Assembly: GCF_963921235.1 (NCBI RefSeq) | Contig: NC_086097.1 | Coordinates: 164,488,001-164,552,000, forward strand | Direction of reading: 5' to 3' | Length of the DNA stretch: 64,000 nt | From: Mobula hypostoma | Lineage: Eukaryota | Shown: piece by piece, positions 12,943 to 25,457 of the stretch | Layout: each line of letters opens with the position of its first letter | How positions within the stretch are numbered: position 1 is the first letter of the stretch | Notes under the pieces: generated by a model | Seen by the model: the letters and a program-made list of their open reading frames with translations, nothing else | The model's database searches: none | Told to the model about the DNA's origin: nothing | Translations under genes and position numbers: made by a program

Positions 12943-14355
12943 CAAACCCCATTTCCAGAAAAGTTGGGATATTTTCCAAAATGCAATAAAAACAAAAATC
13001 TGTGATATGTTAATTCACATGAACCTTTATTTAACTGACAAAAGTACAAAAAAAAAGATTTTCAATAGTTTTACTGACCAACTTAATTGTATTTTGTAAA
13101 CATACACAAATTTAGAATCTGATGGCTGCAACACACTCAACAAAAGTTGGGACAGAGGCATGTTTACCATTGTGTTGCATCACCTTTCCTTTTAATAACC
13201 CTTTTTAATCATTTTGGAACTGAGGATACTAATTGTAGTAGATTTGCAATTGGAAATTTTGTCCGTTCTTGCTTGATATAAGACTTCAGCTGCTCAACAG
13301 TCCGTGGTCTCCATTGTCTGATTCTCCTCTTCATGATGCGCCATACATTTTCAATAGGAGATAGATCTGGACTGGCAGCAGGCCAGTCAAGCACACGCAC
13401 TCTGTGTCTACAAAGCCATGCTGTTGTAGCCCGTGCAGAATGTGGTCTGGCATTGTCCTGCTGAAATAAGCACGGACGTCCCGGGAAGAGACGTCGCCCT
13501 GATGGCAACATGTGTCTCTCTAAAATCGTAATATACGCCTCAGACTCAATGGTACCTTCACATACATGCAACTCACCCATGCCGTGGGCACTGATGCACC
13601 CCCATACCACACAGATGTGGCTTTTGCACCTTTCGCTGATAACAATCTGGATGGTCGTTTTCATCTTTGGCACAGAGAACTTGACGCCCGTTTTTTCTGA
13701 AAACTAGCTGAAATGCGGACTCATCTGACCACAGCACACAGCTCCGCAGTCTTTCGGTCCATCTGAGATGAGCTCAGGCCCAGAAAACTCGCCGGCGTTT
13801 CTGCATAGAGTTGATGTATGGCTTCCTCCTTGCGTAATACAGTTTCAAGTTGCATTTCTGGATGGAGTGATGGACTGTGTTGAGTGACAATGGCTTTCCG
13901 AAGTACTCCCGATCTTGCGTTGAGAAATGTTCCTTTTGAACTGACTAACAATTCTCTCATGAATTTTGGCACAAAGGGGTGAGCCACGACCCATCCTTGC
14001 TTGCAAAGACTGAGCCTTTGATGGACGCTACTTTTATACCCAGTCATGATACCTCACCTGCTACCAATTAGCCTGCTTAATGTGGAGTCTTCCAAACCGG
14101 TGTTACTTGAATATTCTGTGCACTTTTCAATCTTATTTTAACTCTGTCCCGACTTTTGTTGAGTGTGTTGCAGCCATCAAATTCCAAATTTATGTATATT
14201 TACAAAATACAATTAAGTTGGTCAGTAAAACTATTGAAAATCTTTTCGTTGTATTTTTGTCAGTTAAATAAAGGTTCACGTGAATTAACATATCACAGAT
14301 TTTTGTTTTTATCGCATTTTGGAAAATATCCCAACTTTTCTGGAAATGGGGTTTG
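12943..14355 (-). mobile_element. Tc1 (DD34E) transposon, 1413 bp, about 210-bp TIRs, internally deleted
   Basis: TA|CAAACCCCATTTCCAGAAAAGTTGGGATA...TATCCCAACTTTTCTGGAAATGGGGTTTG|TA. ORF 13209-13673: VWGCIS, FQQDNARPH, SPDLSPIENVW, with 34 residues between D and E. Confidence 0.95.
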
Positions 14356-14799
14356 TAAGATTCTTAAACTTAACATGAATGAGTCATGTTTTATTGACAC
14401 ATTAATAAAAAGAGGTTGGAATAGTTGGTGATAGCTCCACTCCCAAGCATCATAGTGGAATAAAGATCATTATAAAATAGCTTAAGGTCGTGGGGTTATG
14501 TCCCTCTGGAGCGCTAACAGAAATATTCTGGAGTGATGCTGTTTGATGCATTGTAACTATCTTCCTGTATGACAACTCTGACTGCTCAGTGATTTTTCAC
14601 CCCCCCCCTAAATTCTCAGTGTTTCTTAATGTTTAGTGGTGGCAGCTTTATTGATGTTGGGTGCAGGTACCATATTGAAGTGCCTCATTTGATTTACTTG
14701 AGGGTAACTTTGGTGCTAATTTTAATTTGCCCATATATCTAAGCAAGTTTGTATGGTTTCCCATAGGTGTTTTCTGATAGATAAGTCTCTCTTTTGCAA

Positions 14800-15430
14800 T
14801 AAGTGACACAGTAGCATCCCCAAGTATTGTTGCTGTCTCTCAATGACCGAGAACTGGGTTCATCCGGACACTGGGTGTAGTGTGTATCAAGTTTGTCAGT
14901 TCTCCTATGACTGTGAGTTTCCTGAGGGTGCTCTGGTTTCCTCCCAATGCAGGTAGATTTGTTAATTGGGCATTGTAAATTGCCACTTTATAGGTGAGCA
15001 ATAGTATTTGTTAATTGGGCATTGTAAATTGCCACTTTATAGGTGAGCAATAGTATTTGTTAATTGGGCATTGTAAATTGCTTCTTTATAGGTGAGCAAT
15101 AGTATTTGTTAATTGGGCATTGTAAATTGCTTCTTTATAGGTGAGCAATAGTATTTGTTAATTGGGCATTGTAAATTGCTTCTTTATAGGTGAGCAATAG
15201 TATTTGTTAATTGGGCATTGTAAATTGCTTCTTTATAGGTGAGCAATAGTATTTGTTAATTGGGCATTGTAAATTGCCTCTTTGTAGGTGAGTGATAGTA
15301 TTTGGATGTGTTTGATGAAAAGGTGGGTTAAAAAATATGGGATTAACGGCGTATTAGTCTAAATGGGTGCTTGATGGTCAGCACAGACTCAGATGGCCAA
15401 ACTGCCTGCTTCTGTCTCTGTCCCTCTGAC
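14800..15430 (+). mobile_element. V-SINE/HE1-like SINE containing an internal minisatellite
   Basis: Degenerate tRNA head, V-domain GGGTGCTCTGGTTTCCTCCCA at about 14926-14946, CR1-like tail ending about 15430. Confidence 0.7.
14957..15304. repeat. 49-bp minisatellite, 7 copies
   Basis: Unit GTTAATTGGGCATTGTAAATTGCYWCTTTATAGGTGAGCAATAGTATTT starts at 14961, 15010, 15059, 15108, 15157, 15206 and 15255. Confidence 0.97.
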
Positions 15431-16039
15431 CTAACCATTTGAAATAAATAGAGTAGCTATGAAGTTGTGCAATAAAAATATATTAAAGCAAACATTTCAG
15501 GTTTGAAACTTTGATACATTGTAATTTTATTTGTTTCTTGGCTATCTTGTAACAACTGCACATTCCTTCTGGGTTTCAGTTGGGTTTGTATCTCCAGCTA
15601 TGGGTACTCATTTACTTCAGGATACCGTAATTATTTGCTGCATCACATGCATCATTTTTTTTCAACTTCTGTATGAAAGCTGTTTTTCAAAATGGATTTG
15701 CACATTATTTTGGAAGTTACATTTGTAACAAAGCAAATGAAATTCAAGGTGGTCTGAAAGACAAATAATCGGCCTGGAAGAGAATGTACTTGTTCCTGAT
15801 GATAAATGTGACAAAAAGTTCAATCAACTTTCATCATAATAGAATGCAGTGGAAGTAAAGCTTGCAGACAAAGTCTTGCATGAACAGTCCGCTAAAACAT
15901 GGCAGCTAGTAAATCAATAAAGTAAGCAGTGTGTTAATACAAGATAGTTATTCCAATTTTGAAATAAAAACACCTTCCTGTCATCCTAATTGCAGGCACA
16001 TCTGTCGTGGAAAACTGGTGTTGGCTTTCTATCCAATGT

Positions 16040-16960
16040 ATGCATTTTAGTAGCTTTATATATCTGTACAATACCACTTCCCAGCCACCTTTGCTCCTCC
16101 AGAGAAAAACAGATCCAAATTGAAAAACTCTACTCATAATTTAACCCTCCAAACCAGGCAATGTTCTTGTGAATCTTTTCTGAACCCTCTCAAGCTTAAT
16201 CATCACCTCCTTGATTAAGCTGATAGAATTGCACGCGGTACTCCATGTGAACAAATAAGTTTCTTGAACAGTCGTAACATGATATCCCAAGTCTTGCAGT
16301 CAATGCCAGTCAAAGCCATTGTCAATAAAGGAAAATACACACCTTCCTCAGTGCTGTTTCCACCTGTGTTGCCACTTTCAGTCAGCTATCGCAAGGTCTA
16401 AGGTCATTGACAATTCCCAAAGCCCTGCTATTTCCTGTGTATGTCTTGTCCTGGTTTTACTTGCCAAAATGCAGTGCCCTGCGCTTGTCTGAGTTAAATT
16501 CTGTCTGCCATTCCCATGCCCGTTTGATCTAATTCCTGTTGTAACCTTCATTCGCCTTCACTCTCCACTATACTACTAATTTTAGTGTCATTTGCAAACT
16601 AAATACATTCTCATCCATTTGCAGAATTAGGCCATTTTTAATATATATGACAAACAACAGAAGACCCAGCACTAATTCTTTTGACACCCCACTGGTTATA
16701 GGGCTCTGTCTGGGAAAACAGTCCTCTCATTACCACCCTGACTCTTCTCACCAACCCAGTTTCACTCAACATAGACCCCTTGTGATCTAACCTTCTGTAA
16801 CAACCTACCATACAGGACCTTGTCAAAGACCTTGCTAAAGTTCGTGTAGACATGGTGTACCACCTTGCCTTCATCCCTTCAACAAAACCAAAATTTTTTT
16901 AAGATATCCCACACATAAACCCATGTTAACTATCTTTATTCAGTCCTGCCTTCTTTTTAC
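16040..16960 (-). mobile_element. Old degenerate CR1 fragment
   Basis: Reverse-strand remnants of DFSKVFDKV and FADDTK-like (TTTGCAAATGACACTAAAA) RT motifs. Confidence 0.6.
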
Positions 16961-17253
16961 AAGATCCTACTTTATTCACATTTTCACATTACAAGACTTC
17001 CAATTCCACTTCCTTTGTAATATTGATATGCTCCAAGATATCACTGTTACTTCCCATGAAGTCACTAGCTACCATGTCCTTCTCCATAGTAAATAGTTCA
17101 AGTTTATTGTCATCTGACTGTGTTTGTTTGTGTGTATGTATATCTATATATATCTTTCTTTTACTGGCATATCCATGTAATGCACTTGTAGGGTGTTATA
17201 ATCTGCTTGGAAAATGTTACTAAAATATTTGAAACAAAATATTGTGTTCATTT

Positions 17254-17255
<2 letters not shown>

Positions 17256-17312
<57 letters not shown>
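17256..17312. repeat. (CA)n microsatellite, about 28 units
   Basis: Perfect CA run about 190 bp upstream of the RAB12 exon 2 acceptor. Confidence 0.97.
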
Positions 17313-17314
<2 letters not shown>

Positions 17315-17502
17315 CATGTGTGCAGAAAATTACAGTATCCTGGGCAGCTATCTTTCCCTGTCCTTTTCCTGTGATATGAAAATTTGCTTTTACAGAGTGC
17401 TATGTATCCTGTTGGAAATGTTTGCTTTTTGCTTTTGAATTCAACTTTGTATTTGCTTTTGCTGCTTATTCCTCCTTTTCCTTTTGCTGTATTTGTTTAT
17501 AG

Positions 17503-17563
17503 GTGTTGATTTTAAAATCAAAACAATAGAGCTAAGAGGGAAGAAAATTAGATTACAAATCTG
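17503..17563 (+). CDS. RAB12: Rab12 small GTPase, coding exon 2 ([21 protein letters not shown])
   Basis: ttatag| acceptor and |gtaagt donor. 61 bp encoding the Rab switch I/interswitch peptide, phase-compatible with the next exon. Confidence 0.96.
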
Positions 17564-19976
17564 GTAAGTGAACAACTCATTTTCAGTTTCTTATTACCCG
17601 GACTTGAAATTTCACTTGCAATCTCATCCTTGGCATGGGCTGGTTTTCCACTTCTGGTAAGGATCGGCTGTTATTTTTTGACGTTTTGGACCCAGTTGAA
17701 ATTTCAAAACGTAGTGCAAAGGCTGCATTTTTAACAATGTTGATTTAATCTTGATTTTTTACATTTTCAGCCTGCAGTGCGATTGTTCTTAAATTAAAAT
17801 TTTCAAAACCTTAGTTTTGTTGTTACCTTAGCTAATTTACTTCATAGTGGCTACTTTTGTCATCTGACGGAGCCAAGCAAGACACAAATACTAAAATAGC
17901 CTTGGACAGTTCTTTAGTTTTGTTCACTTTGTTCTCAACTTCCTTTAACTGGGCTTTTAACATTGTTTCTTTATCCCAGGATGATCAGCCCACTGTTAGA
18001 TCACTGGGTGATTCATTTTGTAGTTGCCTTGACAGCACTTCTCATCAGTGACAAGCCTAAATCACTTTTATGTTCTGGTCCCCTTGGTGTGACATATGGC
18101 ATTTCTACTAAAGCAGACTGGCATCAGCTTGTAGTGCAAGAATTTGAAATGATAGCTTAAAATAAAGTATTCAATTGGTGTCAATCCTGCTAATTAAAGT
18201 ATCTTCATTTTTCTAAGCTGGAAAGCGGTGTTAATTCATGCCATGTAATTCCAATGATTGGATAATGCATTTGATTTATGCAGATGTTTTTTCATTTCAA
18301 TAGGAGTAAATAGTATTCACAATGCAACGATTTGAAAGCAGTAGAAAACAAACTGTCTTAATATTCTCAGAGTATAAACCACCTGTGCCAACATTGAGTG
18401 TTACAGGAAATTTCCCTTGGTCTTATTTAACATAAAGCCTTTAATGAGCCTGTGGGATCGCTGCTGCTGTGTGTACTAATATATGGTACGTAGGATTTCA
18501 GTATTTCTAAACTACATCTGGCTACCATACTGTCCCATCAGTGAGAAAGAACAATGGAGATGCAACAGATAGTCTGTGTGAGACACATGGTTTGTCAGTT
18601 GTCTTTGTTTTCATGAACTCTTGTGAATGATAATAAAAAGCTTACTAACACTCCACTCCACTCCACCCCACTTCCCAACAGGATTTTGGCTTTGGATTGC
18701 AGCACTGCTCTGGAATTCCTTACTCATCCATAGTTTCCAGCTAACAATAGTCTAATTTCTAACTGTCTGTGTGTTCTCATCCCTCATCTGTGTGACTCTT
18801 TAAGATATGGCTGCGAGGGGCTGGCAAATAGTAGCACTGTTTCTACTGGAGCATGCGGAGGTAAAATGTATTATTTTATTCAAACTGTATTGTTAGTTTG
18901 GTTTTATTTGTAATATGACTTGTGGTTACTCATCTGCCTCATCGGATGCTACAAAGCTACAAAACTATTTGGACTTTAACCAAAATGGGTAGTAATATAT
19001 AGTGTTGCAGCTCCTTTAATAGAATCTGATAAATTTGACCCAGGAGGGTCATTCAACCCCTCAAGTGTGCTGGTCAATAAATAGTTGCCCTTCTAATTCC
19101 ATCTTCTACAGCAGGACTGAACCCTTGTAGTTCATGATTCTTAAGTACAGATGCAAATATTCTTTTAGATGAACTACTTTTCCCATCTCCCTTGTGATCC
19201 TTGACCAACTTTTTTTTTACTCTTTTGCTGGGGAAAAATCAGTTTTATTTGGAAATTTCATATGCCTCAATTAAATCTCCCCTCAGTCACCACTATTTCA
19301 AACAGAACAGCCCTAGCTTATCCAAATTCAATCTTTCCTATAATATAGTTATCAGAAATGGGTATATTACTCAAGTTCACCTTTACAGTTGTAGTATAAC
19401 CCATCAGCAATTAATGGCATGCCTCAGCAAATAAAGGAAAACAAATTTGTCTTTTTAACCATATTATTGAATGATCATACTGTCATTAAGAATACTTGGA
19501 TATACATTCAAAGATCCCTTTGTTCCTCCACAAAGGTATCCTGTCGTTTATTATATACTCTGTTGCCTAGTTGAACCTCACTAAGTCATTATCTCATACT
19601 TTTCTAAATTATATACGACTGGCCTCTTTCCTATCTAACTTTGTTATTTATAATTAATGGTTATTTGGACATTGATGCTGTAATAATTTAATCAAAGCAG
19701 GTCTATACAACTTTGACAATATATTCAATTACCTCTATTTTTTAATGTTCCTTGCTTAAAAGGCTGACATTTATCAGCTGAAGAGTATGTGGGTTAAGTA
19801 CTTTTTTGACCAAGGTTATTTTAATCAACCCACTGTATAAATCTCTATTGGAGTCCTGGATTACTAATGTAACTAGGTGGCAGGGATAAAAAAAACAACT
19901 GATTGGATGTGTAGGTGTTTCATTGTGTCAAAAGTTTTGAACAGTCTTAACTTTTTAAATCACACTTTTTCCTCAG

Positions 19977-20115
19977 GGATACCGCAGGGCAGGAGAGATT
20001 CAACAGTATTACTTCAGCATACTACAGGAGTGCCAAAGGAATAATCTTGGTATATGACATTACAAAAAAAGAAACATTTGAAGATGTACCTAAATGGATG
20101 AAAATGATCGACAAG
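19977..20115 (+). CDS. RAB12: Rab12 coding exon 3 ([46 protein letters not shown])
   Basis: tttcctcag| acceptor and |gtaatg donor. G3 motif (W)DTAGQE and Rab12-type [14 protein letters not shown] switch II. Confidence 0.97.
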
Positions 20116-21324
20116 GTAATGAAGCTGATATTGTAAAATTTATAAGTTTTCAGAGAATTTGTAAAAGTTCAGTATCTGTTTTGGCTGAATCTGACTTTAA
20201 TATGCTTTGTTTTGTTTGCTTCCAGAAAAAGTTTGGTCTGGTCTGTTAGCAAACTTGTTTGTTTCACGTGGGCACTAAATGGTAATACCATACGATACAG
20301 GAGCAGCATTAAGCCATTTGACTCATTAAGTCTGCTTTGGCATTCCATCTCCTTATAACATTTGATGCCTGATTAGCCAAGAACCTTTCAATCGCCACCT
20401 TAAATATACCCAATGACTTGGTCTGCAATGAGTTCCATAGATTCACCACCCTCTGGCTAAAGAAATCTTTCCTCTTTGTTCGAAATGGATCTCCCTCAAT
20501 TCTGAGGCTGTGCCCTCTGTTCTTAACTGCCCCACTGTAGGAAACATCTTGTCCGCATCCGCTCTACCTAGGCCCTTCAATGTTCAATATGTTTCAGTGA
20601 GATCCCCACTCATTCTGCTAAACTGCAGCAGCTACAGGCCCAGAACCATCAAATGCTCCTCATATGTTAACCCTTTCTTTCTTGGGATAACTCTAGTAAA
20701 CTTTTTCTGGACCCTCAATGTCAGCACCATTTTTTTCTCAGATAAGAGACCCACAACTGCTCACAATACTCCCACGTATGGTCTGATCAATGCTTTATAA
20801 AGCCTCAGCATTACATCTTTGCTTTTGCATTCTTCCCACCTCCTCAAATGAATGCTAACATTACATATGTCTTCTTTACCAGTTACTCATGCTGTAAGTT
20901 AACCTCTATGGAATCCTGCACAAGAACTCCCAAGTCCCTTTGCACCTTAGAGTTTTGAATTTTCTCCCCATTTAGAAACTAGTCCAGGCCTTTAATGCTT
21001 TGCCATAGTGCGTGGCCATGCACTTCCATGCAATATTTTCCATCTGCCACTTGGCCCATTTCCCCCAGTCTATCCAAGTCCTTCTGTAGATGCCCTGCTT
21101 GCTCAACACTACCTGCCCCTTCCACCTATCTTCATATCATCTGCAAACTTGCCACAAAGTCATCAATTCCATCATCCAAATCATTGACATATAATGTGAA
21201 AAGAAGTGGTGCCAACACTGACCCCGTGGCACAATTCTAGTCACCAGCAGCCAACCAGAAAAGGCCCCCTTTATTCCCACTCTTTGCCTCCTGCCAGTCA
21301 ACCAATCTTTGCTACATGGTTAAA

Positions 21325-21535
21325 TAAGAGAAAATCTGCAGATGCTGGAAATCCAAGCAATACATACAAAATGCTGGAGGAACTCAGCAAGCCAGGTAAA
21401 ATCTGGAAAAAAGTAAACAGTTGATATTTCAAGCTGAGACCCTTCATCAGGGCACTTCTTCAGTCCTAATGAGGGGTCTCGGCTCAAAACATCAACTGTT
21501 TACTCTTTTCCATAGATTCTTCCTGGCCTGCTGGT
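21325..21535. mobile_element. Inverted pair of Penelope-like ends, each with a degenerate hammerhead motif
   Basis: 21385-21451 is the approximate reverse complement of 21465-21533. Plus strand reads CAGTC CTAATGA GGGGTCTCGGCTC AAAAC ATC AACTG. Confidence 0.75.
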
Positions 21536-21607
21536 TTGCTCTGTGTTAGGACCGTTCCTGTAATACCATGGGCTCCTATCTTGTTAAGCAGACTCATGTA
21601 TGGCAAC

Positions 21608-22530
21608 TTTTCTTTCTTTTTCAATATTTTTATTGATTTGATTTCTATATATAGAAAAATACAGAGTTCAAGAGAATACATATTATAAAACAAAATGTAA
21701 TACCAGATACAGTATATTAAATCACAGTAACGAACTCCTTACTCTATATTCATATGGAGAATATAAACAATTTTATTGAGGAAAAAAGAGTCTACACCCA
21801 CTACCAAAGCCGAAGCTGTTTGGGGGGGGAAAAAAAAGAATAAGAAACTTATCAGATAATAAAATATGCTATTAACCAACTTCTGTACTTTAACAAGAAG
21901 TCAAAGATTATGAAAATAATTTAAGGACGGCCCCCACAAATTTTGTAAGTCTTGGTTAGATTCAGAAATTGAACAACGAATCTTTTCTAAATTTAGGTAT
22001 GCCGTAACATCCCGTAACCACTGAACATGATTAGGTGGAACAGCATCCTTTCATTTAAACAAAAGCGCCCTTCTAGCCATGAGAGATAAAAGCCAGAATG
22101 TGCAAATCAGATGCCTTCAAAGTGATATCTTTCCTTCCAACAATACCAAATAGGGCAGTCAAAGGATTAGGCTTAAAATTTACTTTAAAGAGTGCAGAAA
22201 AAGTTTGAAATATTTCCTTCCAATATTTTCCAAGATTTGGGCAAGTTCAAAACATATGAATAAGTGAAGCTCCTCCATTGTTACACCTATCACAATAGAG
22301 AGATATAGCTCTATAAAAACGAGATAAAGCCCTATGAACCACTTTAAATTGTAGAGGAGAATGACGAGCACATAGCGATGAAGTATTAACCAATTTAAAA
22401 ATCTCATTCCAAGTTTCTTCAGAAATTGAGGTCTGTAAATCTTGTTCCCAAAGATTTTTGATCTTGTCTAAAAAATCATTTCTCATTCCCAACAACATAT
22501 CATAAATATTGGATATTGAACCATTACAGA
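21608..22530 (-). mobile_element. 5'-truncated L1-clade LINE (ORF2 C-terminal Cys-rich region and A-rich tail)
   Basis: ORF 22247-22561: WNEIFKLVNTSSLCARH...QFKVVHRA...CDRC...ASLIHMF. AATAAA and an A-rich tail on the minus strand at about 21608-21635. Confidence 0.8.
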
Positions 22531-22757
22531 ATGGCTTTCTGAAAATGCAAGTAAACAACATCCACTGACTCCTTTGTCTATTCTGCTTATTTCTTCAAAG
22601 AACTCCAACAGATTTGTCAGGCAAGGTTTCCCCTTATGGAGACCGTGCTGACTTTGGCCTATTTTATCATGTGCCTCCAAATACCCTGAAACCTCATCCT
22701 TAATATTAGATTCCAATATCTTTCCAACCACTGAAGTCCGACTAACTGGCCTTTAAG

Positions 22758-22830
22758 TTCCCTTCTTCTTCCTCTTTCCCTTCTTCTGCCTCTTTCCCTT
22801 CTTCTGCCTCTTTCCCTTCTTATTCCTCTT
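22758..22830. repeat. 18-bp pyrimidine tandem repeat (TTCCCTTCTTCTGCCTCT), about 4 copies
   Basis: Local amplification of a CR1 motif. It explains the RRERG repeats in ORF 22659-22958. Confidence 0.8.
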
Positions 22831-22861
22831 TCAAGTGGAGTAACATTTACAATTTTCCTGT

Positions 22862-25020
22862 CCATAAGACATTGGAGCAGAAATAGGCCATTCAGCTCAT
22901 CAGGTCTGCTCCACCATTCCATCATGGCTGATCCCAGATCCCACTCAACCCCATACACCTTTGATGCCCTGAGTGATCAGGAAACTATCATCTCCCACCT
23001 TAAGTATACCCACAGACTTGGCCTCTAGCACAGTCTGTGGCAGAGCGTTCTACAGATTCACTACTCTCTGGCTAAAAACATTTCTCCTTGCCTCTCTTTT
23101 AAAAGGTCACCCCTCAGTTTTGAGGCTGTGCCCTCCAGTTCTGGATACCTTCACCATAGGAAACATCTTCTCGACATCCACTCTATCTAGTCCTTTCAAC
23201 GTTCGGTAGGTTTCAATGACATCTGTGCATTCTTCTAAATTCCACTGAGTACATGCCCAAAGCTGCTAAGCTCTCATATGTTAACCTCTTCAATCCCAGA
23301 ATCATCCTCGGGAACCACTTCAAGAATTCTCTCCAATGACAACTGTTACGTACCCCGTAACTGGGTTGCCAAACCAGCAGAAATGGATCACTCAGTTGGA
23401 GTCTGGATTACTAGAACTAAGAAAGTTTTATTAAAGAAACAAGCAACACAGTACTCTAATCAAAAGGATAATAAATGCAACAGTTCAGCAATGATAAACA
23501 CACATGTACACAGAATTAAGATAACAGGATCAATCAAGCTCTATCGTTCTCTAGGGGTAAATGACTAGTTTCAAAGTGACGCAAAGTTCAGTTCAATTTA
23601 GTTCAGTTCAGTTCGCAGTAATCGCTGCCATGGGAGATGGACAGTGGGGGGAAGGAGAGAGAGAGCAAAATGAATGAATATTCAAACGGGTTCCACACAC
23701 AGACCTTCGCAGTCAGCTTTCGGGCGAGCCCTTTGTGATGTCATCTGAGGTCACCGACCGTGACCCCCTCCGTTTCCAGATACGATCGTTTCTCTGCGGT
23801 GAACCTGGCACCCAGGCAAGGGTGGACACACACCAGATTCCCGCCGATCGTGCCTTTCCACCCTGTGCGTCTATGGCTTGGTCCCGCGACCAGCCGTCCA
23901 AAACTTCCCACCGACTTGTGGGAGACGCACCGCTTCCAGAGTCTCGTTACCTCGGGGTGTCGTGTGTGTGTTGCCTTAGCGAACCTGTCCCTTTTTATCC
24001 CCCTGCTGGGGTATCGCCTGTCCATCACTTCAAACAGTTCAGGGTTCAAAGGGGGAGCCGATCTTGACAGCTCTCCTTCCGTTACTCTCTCCTGTCCCTT
24101 CAATAACATCTCCAAATGCTGCTCCATTGTTTTCCTTATCTCTCTTTCTCCTGAAGACAGGTGGCAGACCAACTGCTGATCCCACTGGTGCCAGCCCAGG
24201 CCAGCTAACATCTTAATTTATGTGTATTCTCGTCACACAACACATCCTTATTGATATGGGGCCCAGAACTGTTGACAGTGTTCCAAGTGTGGCCTGACTA
24301 GTGTCTTATAAAGCCTCATCATTTTCTCCTTATTTTTATGTTTTATTCCCCTTGAAATAAATGCCAAAATTGCATTTGCCTTCTTTACCACAGACTTAAC
24401 CTATAACCTAATGGGAATCTTGCACGGGAACTCCCTCTGCACCTCTGATGTTTGAACCTTCTCCCCAATTAGATAAACCTGCGCTATTGTTCCTTTTACC
24501 AAAATGCATTATCGTAAATTTCCCAACACTGTATTCCATCTGCCACTATTTCTTGCCCATACATCCAATTTGTCTAAGTCCTTCTGCAATCGCATTGCTT
24601 CCTCAGCACTAGCTATCCCTCCACCTATCTTCGTATCATCTGCAAACTTTGCCATAAAGCCATCAATTCTATTGACGATGTGACAAGTAGTGGTCCCATT
24701 ACTTACCCTGAGGAACACCACTAGTTACTGGCAGCCAACTGGAAAAATCCTCCTTTATTCCCACTTGCTGCCTCCTGCCTGTCAGCCATTTCTCTATCCA
24801 TGCCAGTATCTTCCGCCATAGGATTTTATCTTGTTAAACAATCTCGTGTGTCAACTTATCATTCTGAAAATCCACTTAAATGGTATTCACTGGCTGTCCT
24901 TTGTCCACCCTGCTTGTTACTTCCTTGAAGAACTCTTAAGAGTTTTGTCAGGCAAGATTTCCCTTTACAGAAACCATGCTGACTTCGACATTTTATCATT
25001 AGTCTTCAAGTACCTTGAAG
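22862..25020 (-). mobile_element. CR1 LINE, degenerate, interrupted by a solo LTR
   Basis: 3' end CCATAAGACATTGGAGCAGAAATAGGCCATT. ORF 24509-24721: AKFADDTKIGG...LQKDLDKL. Confidence 0.85.
23344..24237 (-). mobile_element. Solo LTR (894 bp), 4-bp TSD CAAC, antisense in RAB12 intron 3
   Basis: TGTTACG...CGTCACA termini. CAAC at 23340-23343 and 24238-24241. AATAAA and a TATA-like GGATAAAAAGG on the minus strand. Reverse-complement homolog of 57585-58464. Confidence 0.92.
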
Positions 25021-25367
25021 CTCTTGTTGCCTGACATACTGAGTTTTTGAATATTTTGTTCTTATTTCAAATTTCCAGAATTCTATGCTAAATTAGGTAG
25101 GGGATTAAAATATCTTTAGTGATTTAGAATCATGTCAGTGATAACTTTGACCAAGTGACTGTTCCCTCTGCTTGCAGGATTGGTGATTGGGTTACTACAA
25201 TTTTTTTTTGCTGGAAAGAAAGCGCACTGTTACTAAGGTTTTAATATTGCTGCTTCTGGAATTATTCATGTTTTTCACCAAATATCTCAAATGTTAGTCC
25301 ATCTGTACTTCACGGTACCTTCTAACTGCTGGTAACTGTTATTTTTTTTTTATTTTGTGTTGTATAG

Positions 25368-25457
25368 TATGCTTCAGAGGATGCAGAACTTCTGTTAGTG
25401 GGAAATAAGCTAGATTGTGAAGTTGACCGAACAATTACTCGTCAGCAAGGAGAGAAG
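25368..25457 (+). CDS. RAB12: Rab12 coding exon 4 ([30 protein letters not shown])
   Basis: tgtatag| acceptor after a poly-T tract and |gtaaga donor. G4 motif GNKLD. Confidence 0.97.

Larger units (their letters stand above)
20285..22860 (-). mobile_element. CR1 LINE, degenerate, interrupted by a Penelope remnant and an L1
   Basis: CR1 3' end at about 20290. ORF 22483-22731: VGKILES...QSQHG...KGKPCLTNLLEFFEE. Confidence 0.8.

Noticed and set aside
14957..15304. CRISPR-like array
   Set aside because: Units are contiguous with no unique spacers, there are no cas genes, and the context is a vertebrate SINE.
17214..17438. ORF with a (TH)n repeat
   Set aside because: Translation of the CA microsatellite.
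1..17500. RAB12 exon 1 and promoter
   Set aside because: No CpG island or P-loop (GSRGVGKTS-like) coding segment found; presumed upstream of the window.
23713..24211. Cluster of ORFs similar to those at 57606-58212, suggesting a duplicated gene
   Set aside because: Both lie within solo LTRs. Similarity is at the DNA level and frames are not conserved.
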